Assembly (NCBI RefSeq): GCF_004010195.1
Contig: NC_057756.1
Location: 6,876,640-6,920,907 of the forward strand
Direction of reading: 5' to 3'
DNA from: Chiloscyllium plagiosum
Taxonomy: Eukaryota
Length of the DNA: 44,268 nucleotides
In this document: positions 34,790 through 44,268 of the stretch, piece by piece
How positions within the stretch are numbered: the stretch's first letter is position 1
Layout of the letters: the number at the start of each line of letters is the position of its first letter
Position numbers and translations under genes: made by a program
Notes under the pieces: generated by a model
Told to the model about the DNA's origin: nothing
Databases searched by the model: none
Seen by the model: the letters and a program-made list of their open reading frames with translations, nothing else

Positions 34790-35665
34790 CATAGAACATT
34801 ACAGCGCAGTACAGACCCTTCAGCCCTCGATGTTGCGCCGACCTGTCATACTAATCTGAAGCCCATCTAACCTACACTATTCCATGTACGTCCATATGCT
34901 TGTCCAATGACGACTTAAATGTACTTAAAGTTGGCGAATCTACTACCATTGCAGGCAAAGCATTCAATACCCTTACTACTCTCTGAGTAAAGAAACTATC
35001 TCTGACATGTGTCCCATATCTATCACCCCTCAATTTAAAGCTATGTACCCTCATGCTCGCTGTCACCATACTTGGAAAAAGGCTCTCCCTGTCTACCCTA
35101 TCTAACCCTCTGATTATCTTATATGTCTCTATTAAGTCACCTCTCAACCTTCTTCTCTCTAACGAAAACAGCCTCAAGTCCCTCAGCCTTTCCTTGTAAG
35201 ACCTTCCCTCCTTACCAGGCAACATCCTAGTAAATCTCATCTGCACCCTTTCCAAAGCTTCCACATCCTTCTTATAATGCAGTGACCAGAACTGTACACA
35301 ATACTCAAGTGCGGCCACACTAGAGTTTGCTATAGCTGTAGCATAACCTCATGGTTCTGGAACTCGATCCCTTCTATTAATAAAAGCTAAAACACTGTAT
35401 CCCTTCTTAACAACTCTGTCAACCTGCGTGGCAACTTTCAAGGATCTGTGTACATGGACACCGAGATCTCTCTGCTCATCGACACTACCAAGACTCTTAC
35501 CATTAGCCCAGTACTTTGCATTCCGGTTACTCCGACCAAAGTGAATCACCTCCCACTTGTCTGCATTAAACTCCATTTGCCACCTCTCAGCCCAGCTCTG
35601 CAGCTTATCTATGTCTCTCTGGAGCCTACAACATCCTTCGTCACCATCCACAACTCCACCGACCT
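34790..35665 (-). mobile_element. Young 5'-truncated CR1 LINE inserted in the 5' LTR
   Basis: ORFs 34872..35318 and 35349..35651; near-identical to 17121-17953. The uninterrupted site is visible in the 3' LTR (aacagta|aagg). Confidence 0.95.
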
Positions 35666-35940
35666 TAAAGGTCTTGGTCTCTGCTATTGATACTCATTGA
35701 TTGTAACAGGCACCCAGTTGATATGTATGTTTCCTTATCTGGATGCTCCTCCCTGTAACATGATTATATAGTTCATTGAGAAACTGCTGTTCAAGAGAAG
35801 ACATGAACTCATGTCTCTGCACACATGGGCGATTGTTCTCTCTCCTTCCAGGGCCCAGAATAAAGATGAAGGAGGTAAAACCATACTGTGTCTCTGAGCG
35901 TTTTACTTGAGGGGTGGGGGAGGAAACGGGATGACAATAT

Positions 35941-35958
35941 TGGCATAGTTGGCAGGAT
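35941..35958 (+). promoter_or_regulatory. Primer-binding site, tRNA-Ser type
   Basis: TGGCATAGTTGGCAGGAT, 4 nt after the LTR end, differs from the tRNA-Ser complement TGGCGTAGTCGGCAGGAT by two CpG-type transitions. Confidence 0.8.
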
Positions 35959-36179
35959 CCAAATAAATAGTTACGATCGGATGGTGTCAGCGGCTGCCCA
36001 GAACATCAGTGTCTGGAGACCGACGGGACCACAGGGTAAGATTTTAAACCTTAGTCCCTTCCGATGTTCCTGTGTGCCAGTGATGGTCCCCTCGTTCGAT
36101 CGCTCTCTTTTCTACGGATTCCTCAAACGGTAATTAGTTCAGCTGAGAGATATAGTTTCACAAGCGCGCAGGAAGGCAG

Positions 36180-36500
36180 AGTTTGACTCCTCTGCGCTGC
36201 GTTGGGAGGGAGGGGGGTGTGATTGAGGTTTGAGTCCTCTGCGCAGTACTGGGGTTAGAGCCCCCTGTGGTGGGTTGATTTGAGGTTCAAGTCCTCTGCA
36301 CTGTGCTGAGGTTCAAACTCTCTGTGTTGAATTGGGAATGGAGTTTCCTGTGTTTAGTTGGGGGTTCACGTTTTCTATGTTGAAGTAGGATTTGGACTTT
36401 TTGTGTTTAATCGGGGTTCGAGTTGTCTATTTTTAAGTGGGATTCGCATTCTCTGACTTTAAGTGGGATTTAAGTTCTCTGTGTTTCAGTGGGGTTCAAG
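36180..36500 (+). repeat. Degenerate ~25-30-bp tandem repeats in the LTR-element interior
   Basis: Recurrent g(a/g)gtt(c/t)(a/g)agt(c/t)ctctg...ttgaagtggg motifs. Confidence 0.55.
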
Positions 36501-36808
36501 CCCCCATGAGGAGTAAAGTGAGAAACGGGTTAAAATCCTCCAGTGGTGAAATTTGAGGCCCGGTGAGTCTTTGGGGAAAGAGAGTGACTCGGATCGCGAT
36601 GCCACGTGGTCTGCTGCGAGGGCTTTCTCTGTTTATCAGTGTAATTTCAGAGCAAGGATGCAAACAAAAATGAGAAAACACTGAAACTAAGAATGTGCTA
36701 ATATTTGGGTCAAGAGGGGAGGTTTCAATATAAATTGTGCCATGCTGAGAGTGTTTGATGTTTAAAAATTTTGGTTTGTTAAAATACTGGTTCAGAAAAT
36801 CCTTTTAA

Positions 36809-37070
36809 GTAACTATTTTGCCTTGTTTGAATCAGGATCTCAATTCAATGTGTTTTGTCGGCTGTGTAATAGGGCAGATTTTGTTTTCACATTGAAATTG
36901 TACAACATTATGTCCTTTTTAAAATTATTTGGAGATGCCAGTAACTGTTTTGCCTTGTTTGAATCAGGATCTCAATTCAATGTGTTTTGTCGCTGTGTAA
37001 TAGGGCAGATTTTGTTTTCACATTGAAATTGTACAACATTATGTCCTTTTTAAAATTATTTGGAGATGCC
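36809..37070 (+). repeat. Near-perfect tandem duplication, ~131 bp x2
   Basis: gtaact.ttttgccttgtttgaatcagg...aaaattatttggagatgcc at 36809-36939 and 36941-37070. Confidence 0.95.
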
Positions 37071-37285
37071 GGCGTTGGTCTAGGGTTTACAAAGTTAAAC
37101 TCACACAACACTAGGTTATAGTCCAACAGGTTTAATTGGATGCACTAGCTTTCGGAGGGCTGCTCCTTCATCACGTGGTTGTGGATTTTATCTTGTACTC
37201 CACAACCACCTGATGAAAGAGCAGCCCCCCGAAAGCTAGTGCTTCCAATTAAACCTATTGGACTATAGCCTGGTGTTGTGTGATT
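37058..37285. mobile_element. Fold-back family-B element
   Basis: Inverted arms around 37185-37198; CTGATGA at 37210-37216 ...GAAAGCTAG. Confidence 0.75.
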
Positions 37286-38489
37286 TTTTTTTATTTTAAA
37301 ATTATCAAACTTGTAACCTTAAAACAAATTGATTGGGTGCATTGAGCCACGAATTGTTTGAAATTCCACAATGCCTGTTTAAAAAAAACATTTGGGTCAG
37401 TGGTCATGCTTTAGCCAGATGAGAATATTGCATTACAATATCTTTACTGCTGTGTTTTTAATGCAGAGTGTTCACAAAAAGAAAAGTGCATTTTTAGGTT
37501 GATGTTTTGTTCTGATTTTCTAGAGAAAATTAACACGTGAGGCTGAGCTGTTTAAATTCTGTTAATTATTGTTCAGACTTCATTGGCCCCCTTCATATTG
37601 CACATACAAAGAATATTGATCTCTGCCAAAGTTGCCACTGTAATTCCTACTGTTTTATTTAGGAAGTTTCATTTGGAGAACATATTTTAAAATATTCACC
37701 GTCCTTGTAAATCTTTTCTGAACCCTTTCAAGTTTCACAACATCTTTCAGATAGGATCCTCCCAACTCCTGTCCTCAATACTCTGACCAATAAAGGACAG
37801 CATGCCAAATACCTTCTTCACGACCCTATCTACCTGCAACTCCACTTCTTCACTCTTCATGCTCATGACTGAGGAGCTGATTGAATCCATTGGATCATTC
37901 AGTATGCGAAGTCAGCTAATTGTATGAATCCAGTTAACAAGGTGAAGAACATTCATTTGTAACAGTAAAGGGCATGTTCTCTGCTATTGATACTCATTGA
38001 TTGTAACAGTCACCCAATTAATATGTATGTTGCCTTATCTGAACGCTCCTCCCTGTAAAGTGACTATAGAGTTCATTTAGAAACTGTTGTTCGAGAGAAG
38101 ACCGTGAACTCATGTCCCTGTGCACATGGGCGATCATTATCTCTCCCTCCAGGGCCTGGAATAAAGATGAAGGAGGTAAAATTATTGTGTCTCCGAACGT
38201 TTTGCTTTGGCTGGGGGGGGGGGTGGGGGAAACAGGGCGACAGGTCTACGTGGGTTACTCTTCAGAGGGTCGGTGTGGACTTGTTGCACCGATGGGCCTG
38301 TTTCCACACAGTAAGGAATCTAATCTAAAAGCACAGTCACTGTCCCAGGCACTTGGTTCAAGCACATCACAGCTGCCCCTACTCCATTTGCAGCGAGCTG
38401 CTAGCAAGAGGTGGAGGTGGAAAAGAAGGAGACATGCACTAAGCTGCATGCATTACACATCCTTGGCTTCATTGGTCAGAACATTGGAT

Positions 38490-39062
38490 ATGGGAGTCGG
38501 GAGGTCATGTTGTGGCTGTGCAGGCCACTCTTGAAGTACTGTGATCAATTCTGATCTCCCCTGCTATAGGAAGGATGCTGTTACATTTAAAAGGGGGCAG
38601 AGAAAACTGACAAGGATGATGCTGGTCCGAGAGAGAGAGGCTGAACAGGCTGGGGCTGTTTTCCCTGGAGTGTCGCAGGCTGACGGGTGACCTTACAGAG
38701 GTTTATACAATCATGAGGGGCATGGATAGGATGAATAGTCAAGTTCTTTTTCCCAGGGTAGGGGAAATTCAAAACTAGAGGGCATAGGATTAAGATGAGA
38801 GGGGGAGATTTAAAAGGGACCCCAGGGACAATCTTTTCACCCAGAGGGTGGTGCGTGTATGGAATAAGCTGCCAGAGGAAATGGTTGAGGCTGGTACAAT
38901 TACAGCATTTAAAAGGCATCTGGATGGGTATATGGATAGGAAGGGTTTAGAGGGATATGGGACAAATGCTGGCTAATGGGACTGGGTCAGATTGGGACGT
39001 CTGGTCAGTGTAGACATGTTACATCCGAAAGAGTCTGTTTTCTCGCTGTATGACTCTATGAC
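38490..39062 (+). mobile_element. CR1 LINE 3' fragment
   Basis: LNRLGLFSLE..RLTGDLTEVY and FTQRVVRVWNKLPEE; tail gactctatgac. Confidence 0.85.
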
Positions 39063-40424
39063 CTCAGGGTTCATGTGCAGAATTCTCTGAGAAACGGGCA
39101 TCACTTCGAGATTAATGGCATTCCAACCCCAAGATCTTTATTTCCTCATTTGCACTCGTTATCTTGTGACAAGCACTCTGAAATACTTGAGTGAACAACA
39201 TCTTGTCATTTGACAAACAAAATTGCTCGAGGGGACACAATCTTTTCATCCTCCATCTGGATTTGGACCATTCGATGCAGTTACTTGTCAATTTTAACAA
39301 AGCAAAATCTTGTGCCGAAGTAGGTTGGTATGAATTATTTATCGAAGGTGGAAGTGGGTGTGCCTGTTCCTCTGAAATATGTTAGAACTGTGTACATTCC
39401 AATCTCATTATCAGCCAGGACTGGAGGGGTTGGTGCGTCGATCGTGCCTGTAAAAGAACTATCAATTTCCCCCATGCTCTTCCCCCATCGTCTTGAGGAA
39501 TTTTCTCTGTGAGTTTTTTTTTTAACCAAGGTCATCAGAGAGCAGCTTCCAAATAAACCTGTTGGACTATAACATGGAGTTGTGTGATTTTTAACTTTGT
39601 GCCACCCTAGTCCTCTCCAAATCATTTTTTTAAGCAGTTCACTTCATAAAGTACTGGAGGCTTCGACTCCATTTTGGTGCTAACAAAACAAAAATCTACT
39701 CCATTTTGCTGTGCAGGCTCTTGTCGTGCAGTGGTACTGTCCCTATTTCTGAGCCAAGAGGCCTGAGTTCAAATCCCACTTGTTCCGGCAGTATGCCTTA
39801 AGATCTCCAAACAGACTGATTAGAAAATATCTCTACTCTCCAAGAGGCTATCACAGTACAGCGGTAAAGTCCGTATCTCTGAGCCCACTGTTTCAGAGAT
39901 GAGGCATATAACATTGGTTGATGAGAAAATATCTCTACTCCTCTTTGCTTGCCCGCTCCCTGTATTCTTTAATTGCCGAAGAGACCATAAGCCTGCATGA
40001 GATACATTCAATAGGGGAACATCCTCAACCAGAAACTTGGGGTGAAATTCTACAGACTCGTTCCTTTGGGTGGTCATTTATCCTGAAGTGGTCTGAGATT
40101 TTTTTTCAAGATGGCGAAGCAGTGGTAGTGGAATGTGTGGGCTCTCAGCCCATCTACTTGTCCACTTTGTTCTTCTATTTTTGTTTCAAATGTTTCCATT
40201 TATTATGGGACTTTACCTTCTTCTAATGACCTCGGCAGAAGGCATCTTCTCCCAGCCCAGGCCTGCTGACGAGGTGGTTTCCAGCAACTCGGACTGGTGG
40301 TGTAGGCCTAGTGAGGAGGTCTCCCAGTGTGGTGGTCTCGTCCAGGAGGGTGTGGTCTCGGCCTGGTGAGGAGGTCTCGTCTTTATTTTGGAGATGGCTT
40401 CAGAGTCTTCCAATGGCCCAGCAC

Positions 40425-40712
40425 GGCAGTCTAGTCCCAGCTCGGAGGCCTAGTCCCAGCTCGAAGGTCTAGTCCCAGCTCAGAGGTCTAGTCCCAGGAA
40501 GAACGTCGAGTTCCAGCATGGAGGTCTAGTCCCCAGCTTGGAGGCCTAGTCCCAGCATAGGGGTCTAGCCCCCAGCATTGAGGCCGAGTTCCAGTTTGGA
40601 GGCCTAGTCCCTGCACAGAGGTCTAATCCCAGCTCAGAGGTCGAGTCTCAGGAAGGACAACAAGTCGCAGCAAGGAGGTGTATTCCCAACAAGGAGGCCT
40701 AGTCCCAGCATG
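40425..40712 (+). repeat. Minisatellite, ~19-20-bp unit ggaggcctagtcccagc(tc/at)
   Basis: About 14 degenerate copies. Confidence 0.85.
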
Positions 40713-41054
40713 GAAATGTCATTTTGGTGTGGCTTGGTAGTCTCTACCTGATCTTCAGCTTACCTCAAACCCAGGAGCCGTTACTTGAACTATGATGAAC
40801 TTTTGCTTCTTATTTTTTTCTCACTTATGACTTCTGTCATTAAGTTAAGCACTCATAAACTTTATCGCTTTTTTTGTTGTAAACATACATGTGACAATAA
40901 TTTGCTATTTTGAATGACCGAGCCCTAATCCTGAGACCACGTTTTAAATGCAATGATTCCATTGCTCACCCCTGCCATTTCCACTCAGGATTCGGGAATT
41001 TACAAATCAGGCACAGACCAAGGGGATTGGCTGCTAACTCTGTCGTGCGAGTGT

Positions 41055-41350
41055 CACGGTGGCTCAGTGGTTAGCGCTGCTGCCTTACAGTGCCAGGGAC
41101 CCAGGTTCAATTCTAGCCTTAGGCAACCCCCATGTGGGATTTGCATGTTCTCCCTGTGTCTGCATGGGTTTCCTCCAAAAATGTGTAGGCTAGGGTGGAT
41201 TGGCTGTCCTGAATTGCCTATAGATGTGTCGGTTAGGTGCATTAGTCAGCGGTTAAATGTAGGGGAATGGGTCTGAGTGGGTTACTCTTCTGTGGATTGG
41301 TGTGGACCTGTTGGGCTGAAGGGCCTGTTTTCACACTGTTAGAATTCTAT
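41055..41350 (+). mobile_element. HE1-like SINE
   Basis: Head, core and tail motifs. Confidence 0.85.
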
Positions 41351-41939
41351 AAAAATTCCATGGCCTATGCACCCAATCCACCGACTGTGCATACAGTCAT
41401 GTTCTATCCTCCAAAGCTCATATGTTTGAGGGTTAAGAGCTTTAATCTCTGCCTTTCCCAGATTCTGACCGTCTTTCTGAAAGCTCTTTATCTTCCTCGC
41501 TCACATTTTTGGGGACGGCCCTCGGTCTTTTGGCACTCTTGATGTCTCCACTCGATAAGGCTCTTCCTGTCATTCTTCTCAATGGGTAATGGGAGCTGAT
41601 GCTTTTATCGCTCCTTCCCCACTGCCTGCTCAGCATGCTTGGCAAAGTGCTGACAACATCGCTGAAGCAATTCTCCTTCAAAAGGCAGCGTCCCCCAAGC
41701 TCAGCTCAATAACAAACAAAACCGCACAACACACTCCCTTAATTGCAAACAGCCATCTCAAGAAGCCTGGCTTCAAGTAATCTGTGTTTGATGTGTCAAT
41801 CTAAGAGCTCATTGTTGATTGAGATTGAGTGGTACGTAAGGCTGAAATGGAGCAAGCTGGTGTATTCATTTCTTTCAGTGCAACTCAGCTCCAGTTTCTG
41901 AGGATAATGTGAGAAATGGTCTGTAATTTTAAAAAGTCA

Positions 41940-42030
41940 TTCCTGATGAAGGGCTCTGTCCCGAAACATCGATTTTCCTGCTCCTCGGATGCTGCCTGAT
42001 CCTCTGTGGCTTTTCCAGCAACACACTCTC
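41940..42030 (+). mobile_element. Short family-A Penelope tail
   Basis: tcctgatgaagggctctgtcccgaaacatcgattttcctgctcctcggatgctgcc. Confidence 0.7.
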
Positions 42031-42047
42031 AATTGAGATTGTTTTAA

Positions 42048-42330
42048 AGATTAGATTCCCTACAGTGTGGTAACAGGCCCTTCAGCCCAACAATTCCATG
42101 GCGACCTTCCGAAGATTAACCCACCCAGACCCATTTCCCTCTGACTAATGCACCTAACACGACAGGCAATTTAGCATGGCTAATCCACCCTAACCTGCAC
42201 ATCTTTGGACTGTGGGAGGAAACCCACACAGGCACGGAGAAAATGTGCAAACTTCACACAGTCACCCAAAGCAGGAATCGAACCTGGGTCCCTGGTGCTG
42301 TGAAGTTGCAGTGCTAACCACTGAGCCACT
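42048..42330 (-). mobile_element. HE1-like SINE
   Basis: Head, core and tail motifs. Confidence 0.85.
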
Positions 42331-42334
42331 AAGC

Positions 42335-42835
42335 ACCTTTTGTTTGGGCAACTACACTAGAAGGATGTTGTGAAACCTGCAGGTATCCACAAAAGATTTA
42401 CAAGGATGTTGCCAGGGTTGCAGATTTGAGCTATAGGGAGAGGCTGAACAAGCTGGGGCTGTTTTCCCTGGAGCATTGGGGGCTGAGGGGTAACCTTATA
42501 GTGGTTTATAAAATCATGTAGGGCATGGATAGGATAAATAGACCAAGTCTTTTCCCTGGGGTCGGGAAACTAGAGTGTGAGAAGGGAAAGATATATAAAA
42601 GGGACCTAAGGGGCAACTTTTTCACACAGAGAGTGGTACGTGTATCGAATAGGCTGCCAGAGGAAGTGGTGGAAGCTGGTACAATTGCAACATTTAAGAG
42701 GCATTTGGATGGATATATGAATAGGATGAGTTTGGAGGGATATGGGCCGGGTGCTGGCAGGTGGGACTAGATTGGGTTAGGATATCTGGTCAGCATGGAT
42801 GAGTCGGACCGACTGTGCTGTGACTCTATGACTCT
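42335..42835 (+). mobile_element. CR1 LINE 3' fragment
   Basis: NFFTQRVVRVSNRLPEEVVEAG; tail gactctatgactct. Confidence 0.85.
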
Positions 42836-42850
42836 GTGTAGATTGCAGCT

Positions 42851-42978
42851 CAGCGAAAGTGAAGACTGCAGATGCTGGAAACCAGAGTTTAGATCAGAGT
42901 GGTGCTGGAAAAGCACAGCAGGTCAGGCAGCATCCGAGGAGCAGGAAAATCGACGTTTCGGGCAAAGGCCCTTCATCA
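42851..42978 (-). mobile_element. Short family-A Penelope tail with intact hammerhead-like core
   Basis: 13-bp TSD gtagattgcagct (42838-42850, 42979-42991); minus strand reads CTGATGA-A-GGGC-cttt-GCCC-GAAACGTC. Confidence 0.8.
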
Positions 42979-43184
42979 GTAGATTGCAGCTGTCAGATAT
43001 ACCATGACCACTTCCAAAAATTACAGAGAGGGAAAGTTCTGTCTTGTCTGAAAAGGGATAAATTAAAACCTTATCTGCTTCAACTCTATACATCAGCCTC
43101 TCCCTGTCCTGGCCACTTTTTTAGATATTATAGACCAGGCTGCGGCAGACTCAAGCAGCTCAGTGGCAAGGGAGTTGGGAGAAA

Positions 43185-43485
43185 ATCACAGAATCCCTGC
43201 AGTATGGAAGCATACAACTTGCCATTCGCGTCCATACCAACCCTCTGGATAGCATTCCACCCTATCTCCTGCATTTCCCACAGCTAATCCACCCAGCCTA
43301 AACATCCCTGGACACTGCATGGCAACGTAGCAAGGCTTAACCTGCACATCATTGGACTGTGGGAGGAAACCCACACAAAGGAATAGGGCAAATGCGCAAA
43401 CTCCACACAGACAGTCACCCGAGGTTGGGATTCAACCTGGGTCCTTGGTGCTGTGAGGCAGTACGGCTAACCACTGAGCCACTGT
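43185..43485 (-). mobile_element. HE1-like SINE
   Basis: Head, core and tail motifs. Confidence 0.8.
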
Positions 43486-43804
43486 ACAACCCAGGGTGGA
43501 AGCTAAATAAATAATCAGTGCAGCAGTGATTGCTGAAATGTTTGTGCATGAGGTGAGTACAGGATATACCCTCTAACTGATTGATATCCCCAGCAACAGT
43601 CTCCAAGTAACCGACACAAACCATCCCTCAACTGACTGGTGCCCATGGCCAGTATCAATGGTTGGTCAATGTTCCTTGGGTTACAGCCACTCTTCTAGAT
43701 AACCAACCCATCTGCATTCATCGTGAGGTCCCTCTGATTGCCTTAGTCCCACTGCCAACACACCCTCTCCTTCAATGTCACTCCACCTAACTCAGTTAAC
43801 GATC

Positions 43805-44268
43805 ACAACTTGAGGGACGTTTCAGAGAACATGGCCGGGACACACGTACCCAATAGCCCCACCGCCCTGTGGCCGCCCACTGCAACTCCCCCTCCAACTC
43901 TGCCAATGACATGCAAGTCCTTGGCCTCCCCTACCGGCAAATCCAAGCCATCTCACGCCTGGAGGAAGAACTCCTCATCTTCCGCCTTGGGAGTCTCCAA
44001 CCACACAGCCGCAATGTCGATTTCATCAGTTCCCTCATCTCCCCTACCCCCCACCTCATCCCAGATCCAACCCTCCAAATCAGCACTGCCATCTTGAACA
44101 GTCCAACATATCCATCTTCCTTCCCACCTATCTGCTCCACCCTCTGCTCCGACCTATCACCATAATTCCCCACCTGCATCTACCTATTGCTTTTGCAGCA
44201 ACCTCTCCCACCCCAATCCCAGTCCCCCTCCTATTTATCTCTCAGCCCCCTTGGGCTCCTGCCCACTC
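43805..44268 (+). mobile_element. Penelope-like element 3' fragment (runs off the window)
   Basis: VAAHCNSPSNSANDMQVLGL...RLEEELLIFRLGSLQPHSRNVDFISS. Confidence 0.8.

Larger units (their letters stand above)
34514..38242 (+). mobile_element. Two-LTR endogenous retrovirus-like element without recognisable gag/pol
   Basis: TG...CA ends; 4-bp TSD GGTC (34510-34513, 38243-38246). 5' LTR 34514-35936, split by a CR1. 3' LTR remnant ~37890-38242; by my count 13 mismatches over 120 nt between 35681-35800 and 37981-38100. AATAAA in both LTRs. Confidence 0.8.

Noticed and set aside
35982..35993. Second PBS-like string TGGTGTCAGCGG (tRNA-Leu-like)
   Set aside because: Short match lying 45 nt from the LTR end; the Ser-type site is correctly placed.
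35981..36035. ATG...CAGG|GTAAG as first coding exon of a second host gene
   Set aside because: It lies in the leader of the LTR element just after the PBS, and I found no downstream coding exons.

Overview
Vertebrate genomic DNA, most likely from a shark. This is inferred from the HE1/V-SINE-type tRNA SINEs that share a 3' tail with CR1 LINEs. Most of the window is repeat-derived: CR1 fragments, SINEs, Penelope-like elements, a Tx1-like LINE fragment and LTRs. One spliced + strand protein-coding gene can be built by hand: signal-peptide exon (4788-4839), three ~105-aa IgV exons that lack the canonical disulfide and resemble CEACAM N domains (4994-5305, 11456-11770, 13363-13677), two separate 129-nt transmembrane exons (21005-21133, 22731-22859), a short stop-codon exon (27084-27132) and a probable 3'UTR exon from 28847. 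All internal exons are phase 1-1, so the two TM exons look like alternative, possibly mutually exclusive, anchors; only the second has an Arg at the outer TM edge. Other notable items are hammerhead-ribozyme-like cores in several Penelope-derived short repeats (some forming fold-back palindromes) and an ORF-less two-LTR element with a tRNA-Ser primer site and 4-bp TSD inside a SINE (34514-38242). The gene model comes from splice signals and translation only; I have no transcript evidence. Repeat boundaries are approximate unless a TSD is quoted.
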